DNA of 55,298 bases, the filler included, from Sluysia triapertura (taxonomy: Eukaryota), in the NCBI GenBank assembly GCA_046118255.1. It is 4 parts of 4 records of this genome, joined end to end, with 100 filler letters (N's around TTAATTAATTAA, not from the genome) between each part and the next. Parts side by side here need not be neighbours in the genome. Positions count along the whole stretch, not along the records: positions 25,678 to 44,403 come from JBJNIA010124190.1; 3 more parts are not named here. One strand, given 5' to 3'. Below the pieces are notes generated by a model that searched no databases, was not told the origin of the DNA, and saw only the letters and a list, made by a program, of their open reading frames with translations. The translations under genes and the position numbers were made by a program. Shown piece by piece: positions 27,151-40,522 of this stretch. Each line of letters starts with the position of its first letter. Within the stretch, counting starts at the first letter, position 1.

Positions 27151-28220
27151 TTAAGCCACCGAAGTCCAATAATTAGGCGGTCGTGAATTAATATTGGTAA
27201 AATCGTAATCGGTTTTTAGTGAAACTGAAGAAGTTAAAAAATTTGGATGATTTGATAAAACATCGGTAGTGTTATTAGGACTGTTTGAATTATTTGTGTT
27301 ATTATTTGCATTGGATGTAGTGTTATTAGTGTTTGTACGATCAGAAAATGTTGTAATTGGTGGAGATAGTGTATTATTATGAATATCAATAGTTGGCATA
27401 AACATGTTTGCTTGCGGAGGTATAACAGAGGGGTGTATGTATTTGCTATTATAAGATGGCATTGGATTTGTTATTGAATCATATGTTCTCATTACCCCTT
27501 GAAATAAACTTGGTGGATACATTGGTGTTGGTGGGGCAGTAATATTGTGTGGCACACCTGCTGATAATGTTGATGATTGTGTGTGTGTTGAAGGATTTAT
27601 GTAATTCTGAGATGTGCCTAAATCAATATGAGGATTACGTGATTGAAGATTAGCCATATAATTATAAGGTGAATTAAATGATGATACTGTTGGAGTACCT
27701 AGGTTAGTAAGACAAGCTGATTTGACATATTGGTCGGCTGCGGAAGCCACAACTGAATGATACATACCAGCTGCAGCCACGGCAGATAAAGCAGCAGGAT
27801 TTTGCATTGTTACATCGAATCCAGTACTGAATCCAGCGGTTAGAGCACCATGAGGAAGCATTGTTGATGAAGGGTTTATTTGATTGGATGATGAGTTGTG
27901 TTCGCTATCTCTACCCAAAATCAGTCCACTATTAACCGGGTTATTAATATTATTATTGTTCCCAGAATTATTACTAGTACTAGCAGTTAGTCCCATTAAG
28001 GCCGCACTGGTTGAAGAACCATCGGAAATTGGGCCTACACTACCTGCAGTTGAAACGGTTCCCAACATTAAACTTTGTCGTTGACGTCGTAATTTTTCTT
28101 CTCTTCTCCATTTGGCACGACGATTCGAAAACCAAACTTGAATGCGCGCTTCTGGTAAACATATTTTGTCGGCCAATTTTTCACGTGCAAAAACATCTGG
28201 ATAATGTGTTCTTTCGAATT
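27151..28220 (-). CDS. pax6: Pax6 coding exon 5 (rest of homeodomain plus long P/S/T/N-rich C-terminus, stop at 27151-27153)
   Basis: TTTTAG acceptor (28221-28222), phase 1. [45 protein letters not shown] is an S50 paired-type homeodomain. It ends in PPNYWTSVA, similar to the Pax6 YW tail. Confidence 0.96.
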
Positions 28221-31200
28221 CTAAAAGTAAAATTTCAAATAAAATAACCTTTATGAGAAAATTATGTGTAAAATTAAATGTATTAATTAACAGTAAGTTT
28301 CATCATAAAATCAAATGAGGTAAAATCATTAAAATTTACCATTTTTATCTAATCAATGTGCAGATTTTTTGGAGTGTAACATTTCTTAAAATATTAATTT
28401 AGCTTAAAAAAATGTAAACTTATGTCAAGATTGTGGTATCATTATAAAGTATTAACTAATTATTATTTGATAAAACATTAGTTGTTAAATGGCAATAAAT
28501 ACTTAAACAATTATGGAAATTAAGTTTGTTGTTTAGGAAAATTAAAATTAAAATTAATGATATTATCGTAAATTAAAGGATTAATTTAATGATATTTACA
28601 GAAAATTAAGTAATTAATTAAGTAAATAATTACTAGTGAAGGATTATTAAAAGTCCACAACGGCATATATTGGCCATCGTAATTTTGGGAAATTAGTATT
28701 GTCGCTGAACTTTGATCATTAAACTTTGAGGTTAACACAATGACGATATCAGTGATGAAAAAACTCATCGAACATTTAGAGAATCGATTTTCAACAAGAA
28801 TTTTAAAACAGTAAGATCTATTTATTAAGTTTCATCTTCCTTAAGTGAAGGTTTAAAATCCACTTAATACACTAAATTTTTGTATCTAGTTTAAAGCTAG
28901 ATTTAAAATCAAAACTAAACTTTTATTTTGTAGTAAATGTCTAGATTAATATTTTAAATTATTATATTAACGTTTTTATCCAAGTGCATATTTCTTTTTC
29001 TTTTGTCAATAAACCTTCAGCTGCCCATCTGTGACTTATTAATAGCCGATGAATTATTAAGTTTAAATTTTTAAAAAGATTTACATTAGAATATGGTTAC
29101 ACTAAACTATAAATGTTTAACCAATACTCACGTGAACTTTAAGAAATATTTATAGTTCGATGAGATTAATAAGAAGTTCACAACAGCAAAAGGTTAAAAC
29201 GCAGACCAAAAAACTACGGGTACACCTTTAGAAACAGAATATAAACCGTTTATTGTAGGCCAACCCATACTAATTACTCATTTTGCAGATAAGAATAATA
29301 AAATATCTAGCACTTAATATAAAATTATAAATAAATTAATACTGAAACATCTTCGTAATTGTAAAAAGATATATCAGTGGTCTTAAAGAAATATCTCAAA
29401 ATCTAAAAAGGAAAACAAGCAATTACAAGTTAAAGTGGAATTCGTCATAATTCATTAGTAAACAGAAAACGATGTTAAATACCATAATAGAGAGCCGTAA
29501 CTAGGCCGTTGCACTAGGACGGATGGGGACCCTTAGAGGGCCGACGAATGAATACATGTAAATTTATGTATGCTGACAATATTCTTATAATTGTTTTCTA
29601 ATCCATGAATTTGATGTTTGGTTTTTATTTTTTATGTATATTGTTCGATATACATTATCTAAAAAATTATCTAAAATAGATATGTTATATTTCGAGCAAA
29701 ATTCATTTATTCAAATGCAATTATGTTTGCTAAAAGTTGTATTTATTTGTTCTACTTTGTGGAAATTGTGTTGTGGTCTTATATTAATTTTACAAAAACG
29801 AATCTATAAGGAAAGTAAACAAATTCGAATCTCAGTATATTTAACTTCATTAAAAGAACAAAATCAATAAATAAATATAAATTACCAAAATGTAATACGT
29901 AAACCCAGGGATAAGTGTTAGTACCAAAATAACAATAAATTAAGAAACACATTAAAGCTTAAAATTCAACAAATCATTCAATAGCGGAATTTAGTCAAGA
30001 TTTAAATATATATATATAAAAGAAATAAATCACAATGTTTGGCACTTCTCTATTGAAATAGCCATGTATTATTGCTATATTACTTGTGTACTTCATATCA
30101 AAAATGTGGTTGTTTATGTAATGTTTAGATAATTGCTACAGAATCAGGAATTCAATTCAATTAAACTGTACGAAGAAAACATTGGCTTACACCTTTGAGT
30201 CTGTCGTAAGTTGACTAATTTTAATAATTAAAATTCAATAATTGTCATGGCGTGCATGTCCTAAATCGTTAAAGACAATAATAATAAAAATAATAATAAT
30301 AATTTTACAAAATAATTAATTAGTTGAGTGTGAAACCCACAATTAAAAACATTTTCAATCTTAAGGCTCAGCGCGTAAATACAATGTATTTACTATTACT
30401 AGGACGTAATGTCCATTTTGTAATACTACATAAAGACGTTGTATAACGTTGATTATACAAAAATTAGAAAAGGCTAATTGCTAATAATTAGAACCTATTC
30501 GAATACTGGGGCTCTAGTAGAGACATGCAAGTAGACTATCTACTAAACCATTTGTTGCGTGTCAGTTATAATTGTCATTCCCCAAAACGAAATACAAGAA
30601 GCTCTTTAAAATTCACTATACAATCCAAACAACGTTCATCAATTATTGTTGGTCATGCCATTGTCTTTAGTATCGAGCTTTGTTTGTTTAAAACTTGCGA
30701 AGTATTAAAAATTGTAAATTTCTTTGATATAGGTTCTCCTTGATTAATTCAAGGTATAAAATATTACTGAAAATATCTATAAAATTTTCAGATAGTTTAA
30801 TGATATGTATAAAGTCTTTTCTAAAATATTTATTATTATTATTATTCGATATTAGATTTGTGTTAGGCTTGCCCAGCTGTGAATTGGAAATGAGGAAAAG
30901 AAGACGTGAAATTAAGAGATGCAAGAAAATTTAATACAAAATTATGGACAGAACACAGTAGGACAAGATTTGAATATGAATAATGAGATGAAAGCAAATT
31001 GGATTTCCATAAATATTTGTAGTGTTGGAACCCTTTGTTGATATCTAATAACTTTTGATTTATTAACTTTGATTATTTATTTATGTATTTGATTATTATT
31101 TAAGTTTTTCAATTATTTATGTTTTATTTTATTATTTATTTCAAATATCTTAATTTCTATATCAATTATTATAATAATCACTTTTATAAGCTAAATTAAA

Positions 31201-33030
31201 TTTATTAAATTAATTACTATTTTTATAAATTAAATAAATTCAAATTAATTTAATAGATATAATAAATTAAATTACAAAATTTATATTTTAAAATTATAAA
31301 TTCTTTATTTTTTGTTTAAACAAATCATTTTGAAGAAAATGAAAGACAAATATGGCGGCTGAAAATTTAGCATATAAGTACTGAATTTTAATCATCACAT
31401 GATAAATTAAAAATCCATGAAAATAAGAATGTTTTTCTATAAGTTTATGGTTCTCACCGTAACTAGGAGAATTTACAATTTACTCAAAATCAAACCATTT
31501 ATCCTAGACCGTAAAAGGCTAAGTTGACTTGAATATAATATCACTACGCTAAAGAAATTTAAGCGGTAAAATATTTATTATTATATTTAGTATTTTGTTC
31601 TTTGCTTTTTTGTAAGCAATTGTTTAGTCTCTGTTTTTTTGTAAAAAATGTATTACATAACTCTTACATTGTGATATTAAGATAAGAGATTTTAAAGTTT
31701 AAATTTAATTCACATTTTGCTAGATCGTAAAAAGGCTAGCTTAAAATCTAAATTATTTGATTCTTTTTTCTAGACATTAATAAGGTTCGCTTAAAATACT
31801 AGTATACATTTAATTGATTAAACTTATTGTTTTATATAAATTGTGCATTCAATAGACGTCATAATTTGCAACTTTACTCAGTATCTAAGTTATTACGTGA
31901 CTAAATTTATTGTCAAAATTCTAATTAGAACACCTTCGTTGTGTCTATTAAGTGAACTTACCTCCAGAATCATTTTGTAAGTGTGAAATTTACGTTTTTA
32001 TAGATAAAACACTTGTACCTTGAGGAGGTTTGAGATTGTATTGGAAGTGTTACAGTGTCATTGAACTTGTTAACCATTTGAGACTTCATCAATCTTTAAG
32101 AACCTGTGGGACCTTCATAAGCGTTTGAGATTTTTGAGTAACTTTATAAAGTATTTGAAACCTTTAGAAATGTTTGACTAAAATCATAATTAACAGAATG
32201 AAGTATAAAAATTAAGAGTAAAAATTTAGCATCCCCAGAATGTTTTATAAAGTACTAAACAACGTTAGATCATTAATAAAACCTTTAAGCCTAAAATAAG
32301 ATTAAGATGAAATATAGATTAATTAATTAAAATTTTAATTGACTTAAGAAAAAGAAGGTTTTTGAGAATAATATTCGAATGCGGAATGCTTTGTCAAAGT
32401 TGTAATTATGCATACATTTGTTTTAAAAATATATTTCGATTAAGATATGCTTCAACCGATTTCATGCGAGGAAAGCCTTAATATTGAGTAAAGTCAAATT
32501 TTGTTTAATTCTCAATTACAGAATATTGAATTTTTCATACGTAGAACAATTAAAAAACACGAGACTTTTGCCACAAAAGAATCTAGAAGTTAATTTGAAA
32601 TGTTTATAGAAGAATCTGTTTGAGAATAAGAACCTTAAACATTTTCCATTAGAAAATTTGATGAAAAAACTGAAAAGTAATTGAATTCTAAAAACTAAAT
32701 TAAATTCATCACTTTGATGTATGCTGATAATGATGATGATGATTGTTATTTAATAACTTATGTATAAGTAGATCGCGCAGAGTAAAGGAAAATAATGTTG
32801 ATCATTATTCAAGTTTTTGTGTTATGAACCCAGTAAAGCCTGACAGGCCGTACCATTTAATAGTCAAATCTATTACTGTAGTTTAATTCCCAAAGGGGTA
32901 TCTAAAGTTTTGTGTAAGAGAATGTTTGATTTTAAAACTCAAAAATGATTGCATAATGGGAAAGTATAAAACGGAATTCACAATCAATACACAAGTTTTT
33001 TATAAATCTTCCGTGCATGGGTAATTAATT

Positions 33031-33128
33031 AAAGTGTCATTTAGAATAATAATAGTATAATTGACTATAATAAAACAAAATTGTTAGACGGGGCTGATAG
33101 CTCAGTAGGTAGAGCATCAAGCTGCCCA
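33031..33128 (+). mobile_element. tRNA-module repeat, truncated copy 2
   Basis: aaagtg..tttagaataat..agtataattgactataat..aaaattgttagacGGGGCTGATAGCTCAGTAGGTAGAGCATC, with a well-formed A-box. Confidence 0.7.
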
Positions 33129-33621
33129 GATGAAATTACCGATACATGGACTTAACAGCTGTCACCGTAAGATGAAAATTTTTCCCATGTTAATTATTTA
33201 TCGTAACAATGATTATATTTCTCTTTTATTTTAAAGATTTCAACTACTTTACAAGGTTACTCAAAGATCCTAAATGCTCATGAAGGTTTCAGGATCACCT
33301 AAAGTTCAATAAAGTTCAATTATCTCAAGGTTCACAAGTTCAAAGGTATCTCAATGCTTTCACAAGGTCTCAACACCTTACAAAGGTTAGCTCTCCACTC
33401 AACCATCGATGTTTTCTACTTCATCATTTTTGTTCCACCAATATTTATAATGATGTATCCAACAATTTCAATGGGACAAATGAGGAAAAATAGTATAAAT
33501 GATTAGTGGTCTATTGGCGCAGATTGAGACATCCATTTTTGGTTGGGTCACATATCGAATACCCTTCTGATGTTTTAATTAATGATTTACAATATGTTTG
33601 AGGTCAAACATAATTGAGTTA

Positions 33622-33796
33622 TGTTGGGCTTCAGGCCTAAAGTGCAATTTAGAATAATGATAGTATAATTGACTGTAATGAAACAAAATTGTTAGACGAA
33701 ATTGATAGCTCAGTGTCCAGAGCATCGAACTGCACAGCTGTGAAACGTGAAGGTGTAGGTTAGATTCCCTCTCAATCTATTTGTTGAAGTCTAACA
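33622..33796 (+). mobile_element. tRNA-module repeat, full-length copy 3 (175 bp)
   Basis: TGTTGGG..AGGCCTAAAGTG...TTGTTAGAC..GATAGCTCAGTG..AGAGCATCGAACTGCAC...GGTTAGATTCCC...TGAAGTCTAACA. Confidence 0.72.
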
Positions 33797-34384
33797 ACAC
33801 TTAAAGATCTAAAAGAATGAAATTAAGAAAGAAACAATATGAGTTCCGCAAAAAATGTGAAAATAATTTTCAACAAAACATCAATCAGGTAAAGTAAATA
33901 GAAAAATTGGAAAAATGATGACAAAACCCCTGAGACTATGATGAACTGCATATGTATGGCAGATCAAAAAATGCTTTTACATATATGTTAAATTGTACTT
34001 TATTCAATTCATTTGTGATACACAAAATACTGAATCCAACAAAGAAAATAAGGATTAGTTTTTGTTTTTTATTTTTCTATCTAGCTTTATTAACCTTTAA
34101 GATCTTAATACTTCCGATTGATACATGAGTGTCAATACTTCCTGGATAATTAGTTTAAAATATATAAACTACATATATACAGTTGGAAACTACATTTAAT
34201 TTTATTGTACTTAAAAAAAACTAATCAATTCTGTCTTACTTTAAAACCCTTATCTAATATAAAATATACCACGTGGTGCAGTATTCAATAACAGCACTAT
34301 AAAGTAGCTGTGAAGTACTATATTTAAACGATAAATTAAAGTAATAAATATAAGTAGTTTTTGTTATTATTATTATTATGATAC

Positions 34385-34558
34385 CTTTTTCTAAAGAATC
34401 TAATTGATCCGATGAAAACGATGTTCGATTTCTTTGTAATTTTCGCTTTAACTTTATTCTCATTTCATCGTTTTCAGTTTTAGAACTACCAATAAAATCA
34501 TTGCCATGATCACTTGAAGCATTTGAATCAGAATGACTCATAGACTCTGTACCGCCAT
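34385..34558 (-). CDS. pax6: Pax6 coding exon 4 (linker end and homeodomain helix 1)
   Basis: DGGTESMSHSDSNASS...MRIKLKRKLQRNRTSFSSDQLDSLEK; AG at 34559-34560 and GT at 34384-34383; phases 1/1 fit. Confidence 0.95.
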
Positions 34559-35120
34559 CTATTAATAAAATAAAATTTTAATTGTTTAAATATATCAATA
34601 AAAACTAATATTAATCAAAATAAAGTAACAAACAATACTTAATTTTAAAAAATAAATTATTAATATAGATTTAGAATTTTTTAAAAAATATAATTCAAAT
34701 CAAGCGTCAAAATTCGTGATTTCAATTTATAAATATGCATTTTTCGAAAATGCTTGTTATGAGAATATGACAAGCTGTTTAGTAATTTTGTACAAAATAT
34801 AAATCTAAATGGAAAAATTCGGTTATTTAATGCATTTTACTAAACATTAGCAGTTATATTTTTTTCTTCTATTATAAGTATGAGCATGTTTAGTTCTCAA
34901 TTGACAACTGAAGCGTAATACTTGGGTCTATTGTTAAGTGATTTTTGATATTTTAGAATGGTAACTTTTCTGTATTATTACAATTTTATACTAAGATAAG
35001 ATATTAGAAATGATCTTATCAGAATCGATCATGCATTTATTTGATAAATATAATTATGCATATAATTTGCATTAATGATCATTAATTTGAATGAGGTGAA
35101 TTACATTTATTAAAATGTAC

Positions 35121-35269
35121 CTGATTTTATTTTGTCTGCTAATGTTTCTGTTATTGTTTGTGGTGTGTAGTTACTACCAGAAATAGGCCCAATTACTGAA
35201 TTCATTCCAACAGATCCTGAAACGTGAGGGCCGTTCATTCCACTGGCACTGTTCATTCCATTTATTAAT
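35121..35269 (-). CDS. pax6: Pax6 coding exon 3 (linker; not in the ORF track)
   Basis: 149-nt open exon LINGMNSASGMNGPHVSGSVG...ETLADKIKS with AG/GT ends; its phases (2 in, 1 out) exactly bridge exons 2 and 4. Confidence 0.85.
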
Positions 35270-35457
35270 CTAAAAATTGGAATATTTTGAATATATTTGT
35301 TTTAGAAAATATGATGAAATTTATGTTCAAATTTTACCTATTAAATTATGATTTACAACTTGTATTATGATTTGGAAATTTATAATAAAGTTGTGAAGTT
35401 TTAGTTATTTTCATAGTTTGAAGTTTATAATATAAATTAAAATATTACTGAACGAAC

Positions 35458-35687
35458 CCAATACCAGTTAAACCTCCATAAGCCCCACATGCGCCCGAAA
35501 ATGAAGATGCTGCAACATATCCGTGAGCAGCTGCGGCACTAGAATACCATGCGGCATGGGCTGCAGCTGCACTTGACCAAGATTGTCCACTAAGTAAAGA
35601 CAATTTATCGTACATTCCTGAAGCGGCTGCAAGTTGGCGTTGGTTTTCATTAGATAAACTACGTAAAACACGATTTATGGATGATAC
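35458..35687 (-). CDS. pax6: Pax6 coding exon 2 (end of paired domain and MYDKL linker motif)
   Basis: CAG acceptor, then VSSINRVLRSL...GMYDKLSLLSGQ, the Pax6-specific MYDKLxLLNGQ-type motif. Donor GG|GTTCGT at 35457. Confidence 0.93.
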
Positions 35688-35920
35688 CTGCAGCAATATA
35701 AATTTTAACTTCTAAAAAAACTGATATTCAATTATTTGAGTTTTAAATCAAATGATCATTTAAAAAACGGTACAGGTCAGAATGGCAGATATGTTTGATC
35801 ATTGATATTATTAGCAGTTATTGTAATTTTATCATGTGAACTATTTTTTACTTATATAAAAGACATTTATTTAATTTTGTTTTGTAATATATTCAATTTA
35901 ACAGTAAAATAGTAAAAAAA

Positions 35921-36020
35921 NNNNNNNNNNNNNNNNNNNNNNNNNNNNNNNNNNNNNNNNNNNNNNNNNNNNNNNNNNNNNNNNNNNNNNNNNNNNNNNN
36001 NNNNNNNNNNNNNNNNNNNN
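35921..36020. other. Assembly gap (100 N) with ~77 bp duplicated on both flanks (unmerged overlap)
   Basis: 35844-35920 is repeated at 36021-36097. Confidence 0.9.
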
Positions 36021-38873
36021 TTTTTTACTTATATAAAAGACATTTATTTAATTTTGTTTTGTAATATATTCAATTTAACAGTAAAATAGTAAAAAAAGCA
36101 TTGTTTTTTACTTTATCCGCAAATAAGCACTTAAGTTTCCATGTAGTTTCCAACATAAAATAATTTTAAATTCTTAAATTATTAGCAGTGGTGAGATCGC
36201 TCTTTATTTCTCGAGAATCGTATTATTTAGTAATCTAGTAATGTGTCACTACAACTGACATAAAAAAGAAAATAATTTTTATTTTATTTTATACAAAAAA
36301 CAATATGATATTAATAAGGAATAGAACAAACAATACAATAGAATAAAATAAAGAAAAAATGACATTTGTAAAAAATAACTAAAAGCACTACTACAAGAAA
36401 ATATTTAGAACTTGTGATCTTTTAGATTTATCCAGAGCCGAGCGATGATTTAACGTACGGGATACCCCATCTAAGCAGATCATCATAAAATCCGATCTTT
36501 TCATTGTAACGATATTATTCATGGAACTAAAAACTTGTTCAGTTTCAGCTCTTTTTTCACGGTGTTGGGAATTTCGATTTGGAATTTTCTAGTAAGTAAT
36601 TTTCTACTAAATTTCTAAAATCATTTATTTTAATTTAATTTTTCAAAATAAAATTCACAGTTCTTATTCTCTTTTAATCTTCTGGCCATTAACACGTAAC
36701 TTTTTCCATATTCCATGTTTCAGGATAACATACATTAAATATGCTTTTCAAGAACAATGGACTCGCAAATCACAAAATAATTTAACAAACTGCTCGCCAC
36801 TAATTATTAGTCAAAATTGTATAATTTGTTTTTTTGACTAAATTTTTAAAATGCTACTTTTCCTTTTAAAACTTTAAAATATCCACGTAACAATTTATAA
36901 ACGTCTTCGAATATTAAATTTATTTGTACATTAATAAAATGTGTTTTGTAAAAGAAATTAATATCATTTATTACTATATTATTTATGTAAATTTTGTTTG
37001 AAAAATAAGACCACCAAGTTGAGCATTTGTTGGATAGAGATTAAGTAAAGTACATTTCGTAGTGGATAACGAATATGAAAAGATTTAGACCTTAAAAAGT
37101 ACCTCAGAGATTTCAAAGACCTTTGTAATATTTTGAAGTAATAAAGTATCTTTGAGCTTGTAAACCGTAAGGCCATTGGGGTCTTGTAAACTTAAGAATC
37201 TTTGAAACTTTGATTGGATTTAAGACCGTTATATAACATTGCAAAATAATTTAAATCTTTAGTATGTTTGAAATAAAATTATTATTACTGATAATAAAGA
37301 CAAATATTATGCGTTAATAATTAGAAATTGAAAACATTTATAAACAGAAAAATGGAGATATTGCTATTTAAATTAAGGGAGATAACGCAAGAAATTATTA
37401 TTTTAATTTTAAGTCTTAAGGAAGAATAATCGGATAAACTAGAATGAATTCTTGTCGAGAAACGATTCCGAATCTGATATTTATTTAATAAAAAAACGTA
37501 GCGTTAACGTAGTAAACATTGACAATAATCAACCTATAATAGAAGTTATAAAATTAGAGAAAATCATATCAAAAGTTAGGTTAATGATTATATTGCGAAA
37601 TATTATTTTTAAAATAATATGAGCTTATTGAAAGATATAAAGTAACGCTTAATGTATAATTATTTAGTCATAATAATCATTTTTAGAAGATTATAGATGT
37701 AACAGGACTTATAATTTGATTTGGGTCATCAGTGTCAGTTTAGCGCCAATAAAGGAGTTAATTGTGTATTATTAATTATAGATTTTAGAGATAAATGTTA
37801 TTAAAAATTTACTACAAATCTAATTTCACAACATAATTATTCGGATCATAAAACAAAAATTAAATTTCGTTTAACGTCATTCTGCGGAAATGTGTGCGTT
37901 AGATTCGGGTTATATTATTGAAAGATAACTGATGATTATTACTTCATTTTGCATTGATTATACTGATATTTTTTGGGAACTTTACAATTTTGGTTGAGTC
38001 ACCCATGGTTAAATGAGTAATTTTTATGTTATTAGTGCTCCATTAAGTTGATTATTGAATTATGATTATTCGATTCGTAATGCAAATAATAATAATAATA
38101 ATTTGGAATACATAACTTTTATTCGTGATAATTGATGAATTTCATTAAACTTGATATAAAAATTATAATAGAAGTTAAATGATATTTTGATTTTCTGATA
38201 TTTGAATTTGAAGTTATTAAAGAATTAAATTATATAAATTATTTAAAAGATGTAACGTTCAGTTTTTAGAATTTAATTAATTTTCAATTATTTATAGCTA
38301 ATTTTCGAATGTTAAACGTTTAAGATTCTCCTTCTGAACATTTCAAATTCATTTCTAAATTATTCTCACTTGTAGCGATCATCTCATATTTGATTTATTT
38401 TCATTTCTTCATTTTAAATATGAAAAAGTTAATATTTTGTTTTGGAGAATTAATTAAAATTTGATTTTGTCCAATATTAAGGTTATTCTTTCACATCTCT
38501 GTCGAAAGGTCTAACTAAAATGAACTAACATACAGTCACAGTTTTACTATAATATTCTTTAATTAAGTTAATTACGATTAATCTATTTTTAGAATTTGTA
38601 ATATTTTGTACTTAAAAGTTTTATCTAGGTATTTTCACCTTCATTACTCTGACTTCTTTTTCTACATATCTTTGTTAATTATTAACATATTAAAATTTTC
38701 TTTGCTCAATATTTTGTATCTACCAGATGAATAATCTCAACAGATCATTAATCATTTTTTTGTCTTTTGTACCCGATGAAGTCTGACATGGCCTTGATTA
38801 GATGATGAGGATTATAAAATAACACAACAATTATTATATCCATATTAAATTTTCAAATTTTTAAATTAAATTA

Positions 38874-39010
38874 TGTTGCAGGCCTAAAATGATATTATAA
38901 TTGACTATAATCAAATAAAATTGTTAGACAGGGCTGATAACTTTGTGGTCAGAGCATCGAGCTGCACAACTGTGAGGTAAGAGGACTCGGGTAAGTCCAT
39001 TTTATTTGAA
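38874..39010 (+). mobile_element. tRNA-module repeat, decayed copy 4
   Basis: TGTTG.AGGCCTAAA...ATAATTGACTATAAT..AAAATTGTTAGACAGGGCTGATA..GTGGTCAGAGCATCGAGCTGCAC...CGGGTAAGTCCATTTTA. Confidence 0.68.
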
Positions 39011-40522
39011 TAATGGAAGAATCCCTTCGAATTTATTTTTAATAATAAATTTTTTCTTTAATAATGAAAATTATATATTATCGTTTGGTTAATTACATAA
39101 TAGTTGATAATAAATTAATTATGTTATTGTTATATTTTGCTTATAAACGTGATATAATATATTATCGAGGAAGTTCAAATTTGAATGCAAATTTAAGAAA
39201 TGCCGCTTAATTCAAAAATAAAGCTGCATAAAAATTGTACTAATACGTTTTTAAAATTGATGCCAGAATTATTCGGAATTTATAATTACAGTATGAGTAA
39301 TCTTTGTTACTCATGATATTCGATATCCATTAGACAAAATAAACGTGCATCGGAAATAGTTATTAATTGATGAGAACCATATGATAATAATAATATTAAT
39401 GATTATGTCGAAATAATTATTAATGAAATATTCTATTTAGTGAGTCAGAATTTAACACTTGTCGAGTGATTTAGATCATATTTACTTCAATCAATAAGCT
39501 TTGTTAGTACAGTCCTAATCGAAGCGACCTATATATTTTAAATAGACTGAAAATAGACATAAAGTTAAAAATCTTCAGTGGATTTAGAAATAAAATACGG
39601 ACAAATTTGTAACTCCATTTAAATTATATCAATGGTATTGGCAAGTGATATACTATTTAAATTCAAATGAAGATGAAAAAGTTTCAGTTTTTGATTATCA
39701 AACTGTTCTAAGAGAGTTTTTGTTTTCTGACATTAAAATGAATAGATATTAGAATAGATATTAATTTTATAGCTCTAATATGAAAAATGTACTCAAAAGC
39801 GCTTCAAGTATTTCTGAAATCAAAGACGTTGACATTAAAATACATCATGATCTTCCAGTTGTTTGGCTTTATCTGTTAAATTGCATATTTTTAAAACTAG
39901 ATTTATTTTCTTTTAAATACATATTAGAACTATAATCTTGCTTCTTTTAATGAAACATTTGTAATGGCTACTATTGCAGTATGTTTCTTTTTTGAAACTG
40001 AATTGAAATTATTTATATTTTCTTAAAATTCTTAGTTTACTTTCACAAAATGTTGAACTAATGTGTTGCAATAATGGATTTGTTAAATAGCACATATATT
40101 TTATAATAAAGTTCAGAGAAAATATGTCTAAAATATACGTAAAAGCTCATTTTAAATTTATTAAAAAATAATATAATAAATTATAATAATAGTTTATAAT
40201 TGCAAAAAAAAGGTATGAATTTTGCATTTGTTATGGAATCAATAAGAATCGGTTAAATAAGAAAATTAAAATGCAGAATATAAATCTAAATCACAGTAAT
40301 AAGTTAGATATAATCATTTTAAGATTATAAGTATTGAAAAATTTAGTCTCAGATCCTTTGAAATGCACAAAAAATAAAATATATCTAATATTTTTAGTAT
40401 ACTAATCAAAGGAAAAATATGATTGTGATGCAAACTTGAAAGCGCTTTCATTACAAACATTAACGCTATATAAATTAATATGTCTTGATTAATAGTTTTA
40501 TTAAAACATTTATAAAGCTAAC

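Noticed and set aside
27884-28247. Plus-strand ORFs over Pax6 exon 5 (also 35468-35671, 47750-48016, 25884-26252, 53070-53375)
   Set aside because: Antisense or alternate-frame shadows of real exons or transposase remnants.
29490-29545. AGAGCCGTAACTAGG..., a possible hAT-like left terminus
   Set aside because: No matching right TIR or TSD identified.
33088-33128. Functional tRNA gene
   Set aside because: Only the A-box half is intact; other copies have broken stems and share flanks, so this is a repeat-borne tRNA-like module.
35844-36097. Perfect ~77-bp direct repeat in Pax6 intron 1
   Set aside because: It flanks a 100-N gap, which is typical of an unmerged contig overlap.
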